Shown here piece by piece: positions 52,482 to 61,310 of a stretch of DNA of 64,000 bases. The notes below the pieces were generated by a model. It saw only the letters and a program-made list of their open reading frames with translations, ran no database searches and was not told the origin of the DNA. Each line of letters begins with the position of its first letter. Within the stretch, counting starts at the first letter, position 1. The position numbers and the translations under genes are program-made. Where the stretch lies: contig CAVVPN010000012.1 of assembly GCA_963750165.1 (NCBI GenBank), positions 576,001-640,000 on the forward strand, read 5' to 3'. This stretch comes from an uncultured Gemmataceae bacterium. GTDB taxonomy: Bacteria > Planctomycetota > Planctomycetia > Gemmatales > Gemmataceae.

Positions 52482-54190
52482 CCTGGACGCAGAACTACGA
52501 CCCGCTCGGCAGTCCCGTGCTCTCGACCCTGGTGGCGGCGCTGCCGATCGTGCTGTTGCTCGGAGCGCTGGCGACCGGTCGCGTCTCGTCGGCACTGGCG
52601 GCGCTGCTCGGCCTGACCGCGGCGCTGCTGACGGCGGCGCTCGTCTTCGTGGCCAGCAACCCCGAGTTGCCCGAGCGCGGCGCCCGCATCGCGGCGTGGG
52701 CGCCGACCATGCTGGCAGCGCTCGGCTACGGCGCCGCGTTCGGTCTGTTGCCCATCGGCTGGATCGTCCTGGCGGCCATCTTTCTGTACACGCTCACCGT
52801 CGAAACCGGTCAGTTCGAGATCGTCAAGCACTCCGTCACGAACCTGTCCGACGACCGTCGGTTGCAAGCGCTGCTGATCGCGTTCAGCTTCGGGGCGTTC
52901 GTCGAGGGGGCGGCCGGCTTTGGTACGCCGGTGGCCATCTCCGCGGCGCTGATGATGGGCGCCGGCTTCAAACCGCTGCAGGCCGCGGGGCTGGCGCTGC
53001 TGGCGAACACCTCACCCGTGGCGTTCGGGGCGCTGGGCACGCCGATCCTCACACTGGCGCAGGTGACGCTGCCGCCCAACGTACCGCTGGCGGAGTGGGA
53101 ACTGCGCCTGAGCCAGATGGCGGGCCGGCAGCTGCCGTTCTTCTCGCTGATCGTGCCGGTGTGGCTGGTGTGGGTGATGGCCGGCTGGCGCGGCGTGCGC
53201 GGCGTCTGGCCGGCGCTGCTGGTCTGCGGCGGCAGTTTCGCGCTGGTGCAGTTTCTCGTCTCCAACCTGCACGGCCCCTGGCTGGTGGACGTGGCCGGTG
53301 GCCTGGTGTCGATGCTCTGCCTGGCACTCTTCCTGCGCGTCTGGAAGCCGCGCGCAGTCTTTCACTTCCCCGACGAACCGCCGCCCGCCGCGCCGCCGCG
53401 CCACACGCGCCGCCAGATGATCGCCGCGTGGGTGCCGTGGCTGCTGCTGACCGTGTTCGTCTTCCTGTGGGGCCTGCCGCAGATCAAGGGGCCGCTCAAC
53501 GTGACTTCGCCCGTGCTGGAAATCCCGCTGCTGCACCGGCACGTCCAGCGCGGCCCGCAAGTGACGGAGAAACCGGAGCCGGAAAAAGCGGAATATCAAT
53601 TGCAATGGCTGTCGAGCACGGGCACGGGCATTTTCCTGGCGGCGGTGCTGTCGGCGTGCTGGCTCGGCATTGGGCCGCGGCGTTTCGTGGTGTTGTTTGG
53701 GCGGACGTGCTGGCGGATGCGCGTACCGCTGTTCACGATCGCCTGCATGTTGGCCATCGCCTACGTGACGCGCTTCAGCGGCATGGACGCGACGCTCGGC
53801 CTGGCGCTGACGCAGACCGGCTGGGTGTATCCGCTGTTCGCGGCGCTGCTCGGTTGGCTGGGCGTCGCCCTGACCGGCTCGGACACGTCCTCCAACGCGC
53901 TGTTCGGCAGCCTGCAAACGATCACGGCCCGCGACCTGGTGAGCCGCGACGTGCTGCCGTTGACGGAGTTGCAGGCGATGACGCTGCTGGCGACGGCCAA
54001 CAGCACGGGCGGCGTCATGGGCAAGATGATCGACGCTCAGAGCATCGTCGTGGCCGCGGCGGCGACGCAGCAGCCCGGCCAGGAGGGGCCGATTCTGCGC
54101 TTCGTGTTCTGGCACAGCCTGGTGCTCGCGATCTTCATGGGCTTGCTGGTGCTGCTGCAGGCGTATGTCTGGACGGGATTGATTCCCTGA
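52478..54190 (+). CDS. lctP: L-lactate permease (LctP family)
   Basis: WTQNYDPLG, DRRLQALLIAFSFGAFVEGAAGFGTP, ANTSPVAFGALGTP, LTGSDTSSNALFG, GGVMGKMIDAQSI. Confidence 0.93.
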   Translation: MTWTQNYDPLGSPVLSTLVAALPIVLLLGALATGRVSSALAALLGLTAALLTAALVFVASNPELPERGARIAAWAPTMLAALGYGAAFGLLPIGWIVLAAIFLYTLTVETGQFEIVKHSVTNLSDDRRLQALLIAFSFGAFVEGAAGFGTPVAISAALMMGAGFKPLQAAGLALLANTSPVAFGALGTPILTLAQVTLPPNVPLAEWELRLSQMAGRQLPFFSLIVPVWLVWVMAGWRGVRGVWPALLVCGGSFALVQFLVSNLHGPWLVDVAGGLVSMLCLALFLRVWKPRAVFHFPDEPPPAAPPRHTRRQMIAAWVPWLLLTVFVFLWGLPQIKGPLNVTSPVLEIPLLHRHVQRGPQVTEKPEPEKAEYQLQWLSSTGTGIFLAAVLSACWLGIGPRRFVVLFGRTCWRMRVPLFTIACMLAIAYVTRFSGMDATLGLALTQTGWVYPLFAALLGWLGVALTGSDTSSNALFGSLQTITARDLVSRDVLPLTELQAMTLLATANSTGGVMGKMIDAQSIVVAAAATQQPGQEGPILRFVFWHSLVLAIFMGLLVLLQAYVWTGLIP

Positions 54191-54306
54191 GTGGCCATTT
54201 GGCGCGGGCCGCGCCGGGTGGTACGATGGGCGCTTAGAAGCAGAACCCCTTCGGCCCTCCCCCGGAGCGGGGTGGGTCGGCGTGCCCTGGGCAAAGGAGA
54301 CCGGCC

Positions 54307-54765
54307 GTGATCAACATCAAGCGGATCGTCTACGCCACCGACTTTTCGCCCTATTCCAACCAGGCGTACTTTCACGCCATCACGTTGGCGGAAAGTCATG
54401 AAGCCAGCCTGACCATTCTGCACGTCTGGAACGCCGATGGTTCGTCGGCCGCCGAGCGCGACCGGGACCGGGCGTACTGGCGGCAGCAGCTGGAGCAGAT
54501 CCGTCCTGTGAATCCGCACATTCCCGTCCGCCATGTCCTGTTGGAGGGCGACGCGGCGCAGCAGATCATCCGCTACAGTGTGGACCACGGCGCCGACCTG
54601 ATCGTCCTGGGCACGCACGGCCGCACCGGCGTCGAACGGCAGTTGATGGGCAGTGTGGCTGAAAAGGTGATGCGCGACGCGGCCTGCTCCGTGCTCGTAG
54701 TCAAGATGCCGCACAGCACGCCCGTGACCGAGCCGCGCGAAGTGGCCGCCCTGAGCCGGGCGTGA
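54307..54765 (+). CDS. Universal stress protein
   Basis: IKRIVYATDFS; DLIVLGTHGRTGVERQLMGSVAEKVMR.A.C.VLVVK. Confidence 0.95.
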   Translation: MINIKRIVYATDFSPYSNQAYFHAITLAESHEASLTILHVWNADGSSAAERDRDRAYWRQQLEQIRPVNPHIPVRHVLLEGDAAQQIIRYSVDHGADLIVLGTHGRTGVERQLMGSVAEKVMRDAACSVLVVKMPHSTPVTEPREVAALSRA

Positions 54766-54772
54766 GGAAGAA

Positions 54773-54880
54773 GGAATTCACCACCGAGAACGCAGCGAGC
54801 GCAGAGAAAAGACAAAAGAATTGTTGGTTCAATTCTTTTGTCTTTTCTCTGCGCTCGCTGCGTTCTCGGTGGTGAATTCC
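54773..54880. repeat. 108-bp hairpin with 51-bp perfect arms between convergent genes
   Basis: GGAATTCACCACCGAGAACGCAGCGAGCGCAGAGAAAAGACAAAAGAATTG-ttggtt-reverse complement. Confidence 0.9.
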
Positions 54881-54884
54881 CCTC

Positions 54885-55850
54885 TCACGGCGCCGCGTCG
54901 CTGCCGCCGAGCACGTCGTCGGCCTGGTTGAAGCCGGTGCCGACCTTCTTGATCTTGTTCACGTAGAAGTCGTCGCCGTCGGGCGCGCGCGTCGTGCAGA
55001 ACTTGACGCTGCCATCCACGTAGAGCACATTCTGGCCCTTGCCGCCGTGGTTGGGGCTGTTGCCCTTGGTCGCGTCCGGGCCGGGGCAGTCGGCCATCAA
55101 CGGTTTGATGTAGCCCGGCTTGTCCTGCAGGCTCACGCTCAGGCACTTCCCGTTCTCCAGGTAGCCCAGCGAGTAGGCGTATCCAGGGTTCAGGTGCCGG
55201 GCGCTGTGCTCGAACTCCTCGCGGCCCATGTCCTGCAACTGCGCCAGCGTCCACGGCGTGGCCGCGTTGCCGCCCGCGGCGGGGCACTGCACGTTGACGG
55301 TCGCCGGCAGACAGCCCTGGTCGATGAGGTACGGCACCAGCAATCCCGCCGCCTTCCGTGGCCCCGTGATCCGATCGACGTTCGGGAAGCGGCCGTTGCG
55401 GTCGTGGTAGACCATCATCGCCTCGTGAAACTTCCGCAGGTTCTCCTGGCACTCGATCCGGTGGACCGGGTTGTCGTCCGACCGGCCGATCCTGCGCAGC
55501 TGCACCACCCAGGGCAGCGCCGTGCTGACGAACCCCAGCAGCACCAGGGCCGCCACCAGCACGTCAGCGCGCCGCCACGGCGTGCGCGGCGGCCCGAACG
55601 ACCGCTGCGCCGCGGCCGGCGCCTGCGGAAATTCACGGTTGGCCTCGGCGACATGGCGCAGCGTGCGCTCCGCCAGGCCCGGCGGCGGCGCCTCGGCCAG
55701 CCCGGCGTCCGCCGCCAGCGGCTCCAGTGCCTGCCGCAGCAGTTCCAGCCGGGCGCGCGCGTCCGCGTGGTCCGCCAGGTAGGCTTCCACCTGCCGCTGC
55801 GTGAGCGGGTCGAGGGCGTTCAAAAGGTAGCCGATCAGGTTCTCTTCCAT
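54885..55850 (-). CDS. Putative anti-sigma factor with TM helix and extracytoplasmic DUF1559-like/H-X9-DG domain
   Basis: ENLIGYLLNALD...VEAYL N-terminus; TM; CQENLR; SPNHGGKGQNVLYVDGSV; directly downstream of an ECF sigma. Confidence 0.75.
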   Translation of the reverse strand: MEENLIGYLLNALDPLTQRQVEAYLADHADARARLELLRQALEPLAADAGLAEAPPPGLAERTLRHVAEANREFPQAPAAAQRSFGPPRTPWRRADVLVAALVLLGFVSTALPWVVQLRRIGRSDDNPVHRIECQENLRKFHEAMMVYHDRNGRFPNVDRITGPRKAAGLLVPYLIDQGCLPATVNVQCPAAGGNAATPWTLAQLQDMGREEFEHSARHLNPGYAYSLGYLENGKCLSVSLQDKPGYIKPLMADCPGPDATKGNSPNHGGKGQNVLYVDGSVKFCTTRAPDGDDFYVNKIKKVGTGFNQADDVLGGSDAAP

Positions 55851-55855
55851 ACGTC

Positions 55856-56485
55856 TTAACGCTCCAGCGGCTCGTCGAGGAACGCGGAGGAGGCTGCCCA
55901 CGTTTCCTGGAGCTTGACCAGGGCCGTGTGCAGGCGCGACTTCACAGTGCCCACCGGGATGCCCACGATGGTGGCGATTTCTCGATATTTCAGGCCGTTA
56001 TAGTACGCCAGCAGCACGACCTGGCGCAGGGCGGCCGGCAGACCATCCACACCAGCGCGGACCAGTCGGCGGCGCTCCTCGCCCTGCACGGCGTCAAGGG
56101 GATCGGGGCCGTGCTCTTGCAGGGCGTCGAGCAGCTGGCGCACGTTGCCACCCTCGGTGGCGCTGCGCTGCTCGTCGAGGCTGACGGCCGCGTGCCGACC
56201 ACTGCGGCGCAGCGCGTCGATGGCCTGGTGCGTGGCGATGGTGTACAACCAGGGCCGCACCGGTCGGCCGCGCTCGTAGGTGGCGATCTTGGTGTAAAGT
56301 TGTAGAAAGGTGTTCTGAAACACGTCATCCGCCAGGGCGGCGTCGCCGAGGTAGCGCTTGAGGTAGCCGAACAGTTCGCGCTCATAGCGGCGCACCAGCA
56401 CCTCAAAGGCGCAGCGCTGTCCGCTCTGGAACTGGGCCAGAAGCTCCTCGTCCGAACAGCAGGTGAGCGCGTCGGTGGAGTCCAC
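55856..56485 (-). CDS. ECF RNA polymerase sigma factor
   Basis: SDEELL, AFEVLVRRY, ADDVFQNTFL, WLYTIA, GLKYREIA..VGIPVGTVKSRLH. Confidence 0.95.
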   Translation of the reverse strand: MDSTDALTCCSDEELLAQFQSGQRCAFEVLVRRYERELFGYLKRYLGDAALADDVFQNTFLQLYTKIATYERGRPVRPWLYTIATHQAIDALRRSGRHAAVSLDEQRSATEGGNVRQLLDALQEHGPDPLDAVQGEERRRLVRAGVDGLPAALRQVVLLAYYNGLKYREIATIVGIPVGTVKSRLHTALVKLQETWAASSAFLDEPLER

Positions 56486-56538
56486 GTTTCCCCTGGGACT
56501 TGCTACGCGGGCGGCGGCTGATGGGTTCAAATTTTTTT

Positions 56539-56578
56539 GTCCGTGGTCCGTGGCCACGGACCACGGACCACGGACCAC
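56539..56578. repeat. Inverted heptamer tandem repeat (GTCCGTG x2 / CACGGAC x3)
   Basis: GTCCGTGGTCCGTGG-CCACGGACCACGGACCACGGACCAC. Confidence 0.8.
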
Positions 56579-56761
56579 TCACTTCTTCTTGGTCGTCTTC
56601 TTCTTGGCCTTCGCGGTTTTGGCCTTGGTTTTGGTTGCCTTGGTGGTCCTGGGCTTGGCGCTGGTGCTCTCCTGAGCGGCCTTCTTCTTGCCGCCGAAGA
56701 TGGCGTCATAGCCCGCCGCGAATTTTTTGTTCTCCCCCAGGCCGATACGCACGATGCTCAC
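56579..56761 (-). CDS. Small lysine-rich basic protein (60 aa)
   Basis: GTG start with GGAGG SD; SIVRIGLGENKKFAAGYDAIFG followed by a K/A/T-rich tail. Confidence 0.75.
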   Translation of the reverse strand: MSIVRIGLGENKKFAAGYDAIFGGKKKAAQESTSAKPRTTKATKTKAKTAKAKKKTTKKK

Positions 56762-56907
56762 GAATGACCCTCCGAAAGAAACGGGAACGCTGGGACAGTT
56801 GCTCTGGCTTCCCAACCGCCACCGGCTTCCGAACTGCGCCCGGCAGCGGGCCCTGTCCGGTTCCCTCCGTGAGAAAAGTATAACAGAATTTGCCGCGCCT
56901 GTCACGC

Positions 56908-59602
56908 TTACGCGCGCACTGGGTCCGCCTTGTCCGCATCGATGCCGAGATCCTGGATGGCCTTCTGCACCGCGTTCGGTTTCAGTTCGCCGCGCTGCGC
57001 CAGCTGCTCCAGGGCGGTCAGCGCGATGAACTCCGCGTCCACCTCAAAGAAGCGCCGTAGCGACGGCCGATTCTCGCTGCGACCGAAGCCGTCCGTGCCC
57101 AGCGGCACCAGTCCGCCCGGCACCCAGCGGGTGATCGACTCCTGCTGCAATTTCATGTAATCGCTGGCGGCGATGAAAATGCCCTGTTCCTTCGCCAGCG
57201 TTTGTTCCAGGTAACTCTTGCGCGGCGGCGCCGTCGGGTGCAGCCGATTCCAGCGCTCGCACTCCAGCGCCTCGCGGCGCAGTTCCTTGTAGCTGGTCAC
57301 GCTCCACACATCCGCGGCGACCTGGTACTGCGTTGCCAACAGTCTGCTGCGCCCGCAGCGCTTCGTGCAGGATCGAGCCGCTACCGAACAGGTGGATGCG
57401 CATGCCCTTCGTCTGCAGCGGCGCCGCCTGGAAGCGGTACAGGCCGCGCAGGATGCCCTCGGTGACGCCCGGCGGCATCGGCGGCATCGGATAATTTTCA
57501 TTGCCGAGCGTGACGTAGTAGAAGACGCTCTCGCCTTCCTCGTACATGCGGCGGATGCCGTCGCGGATGATGACGGCGATCTCGTAGGCGAAGGCCGGGT
57601 CGTAGGCGACGCAGTTCGGCACCGCCTGGGCGATCAGGTGGCTGTGGCCGTCCTGGTGCTGCAGGCCCTCGCCCATTAGCGTCGTGCGTCCGGCGGTGCC
57701 GCCCAGCAGGAAGCCGCGCGACCGCATGTCCGCCGCGGCCCAGATCAGGTCGCCGATGCGCTGGAAGCCGAACATCGAGTAGTAAATGAAGAACGGGATC
57801 ATCGGGATCCCGTGCGAGGAGTACGCGGTGCCGGCGGCGATGAACGACGAGATCGAGCCCGCCTCGGTGATGCCCTCCTCCAGAATCTGGCCGTCCTTCG
57901 ACTCGTGATACCTGGCGATCGTCTCCGAATCGACCGGATCGTAGACCTGGCCGCCGCTGGCGTAGATGCCGTACTGCGCGAACATGCTCTCCATGCCGAA
58001 CGTGCGCGCCTCGTCCGGGATGATGGGCACAATGTACTTGCCCAGCTCCGGGATTTTGAGCAGGAACTGCAACAGGCTGACGAACGCCATCGTCGTCGAG
58101 ACGGGCTTATCGGCGCTGCCCTCATAGAAGCGCTTCAGGCTGTCGGCGAGCGGCGCCGGCAGCTTCGGACACTGCACACGCCGCGCCGGCAGCGGGCCGC
58201 CCAGCGTCGCGCGCCGCTGTCGCAGGTACGCCAGTTCCTTGCTGTCCTCCGCCGGCTTGTAGAAGGCGATCTTGGCCACTTCCTCGTCGGAGATCGGAAT
58301 GCCGAAGCGCGAGCGGAACTCGTACAGTTCGTCCTCGTTGAGCTTCTTGGCCTGGTGGGTGATGTTGCGGCCCTCGCCGGCCTCGCCCAGGCCGTAGCCC
58401 TTGATCGTCTTGGCCAGCACGACCGTCGGGCTGCCGTGATGGCGCACCGCCTCGGCGTAGGCGGCGAACACCTTGGCCGGGTCGTGGCCGCCACGGCTCA
58501 ACCGTCGCAGCTGATCGTCCGACAGGTGCTCCACCAGTTTCAGCAGCCCGGGATACTTGCCAAAGAAGTGCTCGCGGATGTAGGCGCCGGACTCGACCTG
58601 CATCTTCTGCCACTCGCCGTCCACCGTTTCGCCGAGCCGCTTGACCAGCAAACCGTCCCGGTCCTGCGCCAGCAGCGGATCCCAGTCGCTGCCAAGGATG
58701 ACCTTGATGACGTTCCAGCCGGCACCGCGGAAGGCCGCCTCCAGTTCCTGAATGATTTTGCCGTTGCCGCGCACCGGGCCGTCGAGCCGCTGCAGGTTGC
58801 AGTTGACCACCCAGGTGAGGTTGTCGAGCTTCTCGCGCGCCGCCAGCGTCAAGGCGCCCAGCGTCTCCGGCTCGTCCGTCTCGCCGTCACCGACGAAGCA
58901 CCAGACGCGCTGCTGCGACGTGTCCTTGAGGCCGCGGTTGAGCAGGTAGCGATTGAAGCGCGCCTGGTAGATGCTCATGATCGGCCCCAGGCCCATCGAA
59001 ACCGTGGGGAACTGCCAGAAATTCGGCATCAGCCAGGGGTGCGGGTATGAAGACAGGCCGCCGCCCTCGGCCAGCTCACGGCGAAAATTCTCCAGGTTCT
59101 TCTGCGACACCCGGCCTTCGAGAAAGGCGCGGGCGTAGATGCCGGGCGAGGCGTGGCCCTGGAAGTACACCAGGTCGCCGCCGCCGGGCGCGTCGGGGCC
59201 GCGAAAGAAGTGGTTGAAGGCCACCTCATAGAGCGTCGCCGACGATGCGAAGGTGGAGATGTGGCCGCCAATGCCGTTCTCGTTTTTGTTGGCGCGCACG
59301 ACCATCGCCATGGCGTTCCAGCGCACCAGGCTCTTGAGGCGGCGCTCCAGGGCGCGGTCGCCGGGGAAAGGCTGCTGGCGGTCGGGCGGGATGGTGTTGA
59401 CGTAGGGCGTGTTGGCCGTGAACGCCAGCTGCACGCCGGCGCGAATCGCCCTGTCTTCGAGGCGGGAGAGGAGGTAGCCGGCGCGGTCCGCGCCGTGAGT
59501 CTGGAGGACGCCGGTGAGCGAATCGAGCCATTCCTTGGTTTCCGCCGCGTCCGCGTCGCCGTTGGGGCTGCCGTTCTGCGAAATAACGCCGTCCGCCGCC
59601 AT
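56908..59602 (-). CDS. aceE: Pyruvate dehydrogenase E1, homodimeric type; one frameshift (~57340)
   Basis: RWNAMAMV.RAN, GGHISTFAS, YFQGHASPG, FPTVSMGLGP, GDGETDEPE, GEGLQHQDGHS, LGTDGFGRS. Confidence 0.97.
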
Positions 59603-59719
59603 GAGAAACTCCGTACAGGTCGTGAGGAGACCGGGCAAGACATCCATCTGTATTCATACATGGCGCGGCGGCGGCGGCCAAGGGTGGATGCGGTTCTGGT
59701 CCCGGCGGCAGGCGCGGAC

Positions 59720-59917
59720 TCAATCGGCAAGCCCGAGCGCTTTCAGGGAGGGTGCCGTTAAAACGGCGAGGCCCAACTCGTCCAGACGATCTGACGGCCA
59801 GGCTTCGAGCCGTTGCAGCACCTCTGCCGAGAGAGTTCCGAAACGTCGCTCCAATTGTTTCCGAACCAGACGCCGTTCGCCTTCCGCCACCGCCTTTTCA
59901 TATACGGTTTGGTACAT
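59720..59917 (-). CDS. Small DUF4351-like protein (RpnS-like candidate antitoxin), 65 aa
   Basis: Intact ORF MYQTVYEKAVAEGERRLVRKQLERRFGTL...; GGAGG (59927-59931) 9 nt before the ATG. Confidence 0.7.
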   Translation of the reverse strand: MYQTVYEKAVAEGERRLVRKQLERRFGTLSAEVLQRLEAWPSDRLDELGLAVLTAPSLKALGLAD

Positions 59918-60283
59918 GGGTACGATCCTCCGGTATGGTCCGTCTTCAGCAACTCCTCGAACACCCGTTGCTGCTCCGCGTCAAGCGTCAAGTAGGCGTT
60001 CACAACCTCGGTCAGGATGAGGCAGTGTGCAGTATGCTCCTGACATTCTACCGTCAGCTCAAGGAGCGCGTCAGCCCGGTTCTGCGGCCGCTGGTCGCGC
60101 GGCATGCCCATCAGCGCCGACAGCGCAATCGCCAGGCGGTTGCGGGGCGAGCAGCTGCTCCTTATCGAGCCACTCGGTCGTGGAGAAGTCGAACAGGGAC
60201 GCCTGTTCGGGGAAGAAGAGCGTCATGAAATCCGGGAAGAATGCCTGGAGCAGCGCTTTGAAGCGCTGGTCGTGCTCAGCCAT
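59918..60283 (-). pseudogene. Internally deleted second copy of the Rpn-like gene
   Basis: MAEHDQRFKALLQAFF...WLDKEQLL joined directly to NRLAIALSALMG; about 330 bp including the nuclease motifs is missing. Confidence 0.85.
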
Positions 60284-60351
60284 GCATCACACCCCCTCAC
60301 TCCAATCCCTCTCCCGCGCAGCGGCTCATTCTCCTGGACGGGGATCGGCGA

Positions 60352-61254
60352 TTAATCCGTGAGGCCCAACTCCTGCAGAGAAGTTGATTTGCCCGCGGCA
60401 AAGGCCAGATCTTCGAGTCGGTCCAACGGCCAGGTTTCCAACCGTTGCACCGCCTCCGCGGGTAGCGGCCCAAACTGTCGCTCCAGAAGTTTGCGCACGA
60501 ATTCCCGCCGTTCCTGGGCCCTTCCCTCCGCCACGGCCTTTTCATACACGGTTTGGTACATGGGTTCGATCCTCCGGTATGGTTCCGTCTTCAGCAACTC
60601 CTCGAACACCCGTTGCTGCTCCGCGTCAAGCGTCAAGTAGGCGTTCACAACCTCGGTCAGGATGAGGCAGTGTGCAGTATGCTCCTGACATTCTACCGTC
60701 AGCTCAAGGAGCGCGTCAGCCCGGTTCTGCGGCCGCTGGTCGCGCGGCATGCCCATCAGCGCCGACAGCGCAATCGCCAGGCGGTTGTGGCTGCGCAGGT
60801 ACGGCTCAGCGTCCAGCCCCGGCAGGCCCACGTACAGGTATCGAAAGCGGTTCACCTCAAATTTCCCGACCCGCGCCACGAACGTCCCCACGCCGATGCC
60901 GTCGAGGCCGACGCGCAGGTACAGCGCCACCGGTAGCACATTCCGATATTTGTACCATAGCGGCTGGTAATACTCGTACATGCGCTCGTGGAACGTCGCC
61001 ACCGCGTCGCGCGACTCCACCTCAATGTGAACCACGGCCAGTGTTTCGTCGTCCGGTTGCTCCTTGAAGCGCACGCGCGCCAGTAGATCAACCTCCAGCA
61101 CTTCGCCGCTGGGTGGGTGGAGCAGCTGCTCCTTGTCGAGCCACTCGGTCGTGGAGAAATCGAACTGGGACGCATCCTCGGGGAAGAAGAGCGTCATGAA
61201 ATCCGGGAAGAATGCCTGGAGCAGAGCCTTGAAGCGCTGGTCGTGCTGGGCCAT
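60352..61254 (-). CDS. Rpn-family/PD-(D/E)XK nuclease-like protein with DUF4351-like C-terminus, 300 aa
   Basis: HDQRFKALL..FF.DF..LFFP, EWLDKE, VDLLARV, VVHIEVES, RMYEYY, LPVALYL; C-terminal LLERQFGPLP...RLE...DRLEDL. Confidence 0.85.
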   Translation of the reverse strand: MAQHDQRFKALLQAFFPDFMTLFFPEDASQFDFSTTEWLDKEQLLHPPSGEVLEVDLLARVRFKEQPDDETLAVVHIEVESRDAVATFHERMYEYYQPLWYKYRNVLPVALYLRVGLDGIGVGTFVARVGKFEVNRFRYLYVGLPGLDAEPYLRSHNRLAIALSALMGMPRDQRPQNRADALLELTVECQEHTAHCLILTEVVNAYLTLDAEQQRVFEELLKTEPYRRIEPMYQTVYEKAVAEGRAQERREFVRKLLERQFGPLPAEAVQRLETWPLDRLEDLAFAAGKSTSLQELGLTD

Positions 61255-61310
61255 GAGCCACCCCCTCACCCCTCTCCCCCACAAGGGCGAGGGGCTTGCC
61301 ACGGCCAGCC

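Noticed and set aside
59720..61254. Diversity-generating retroelement (template/variable repeat) explanation for the duplicated Rpn-like segments
   Set aside because: No reverse transcriptase lies in the window, and the differences include indels and changes at all bases rather than adenine-specific substitutions.
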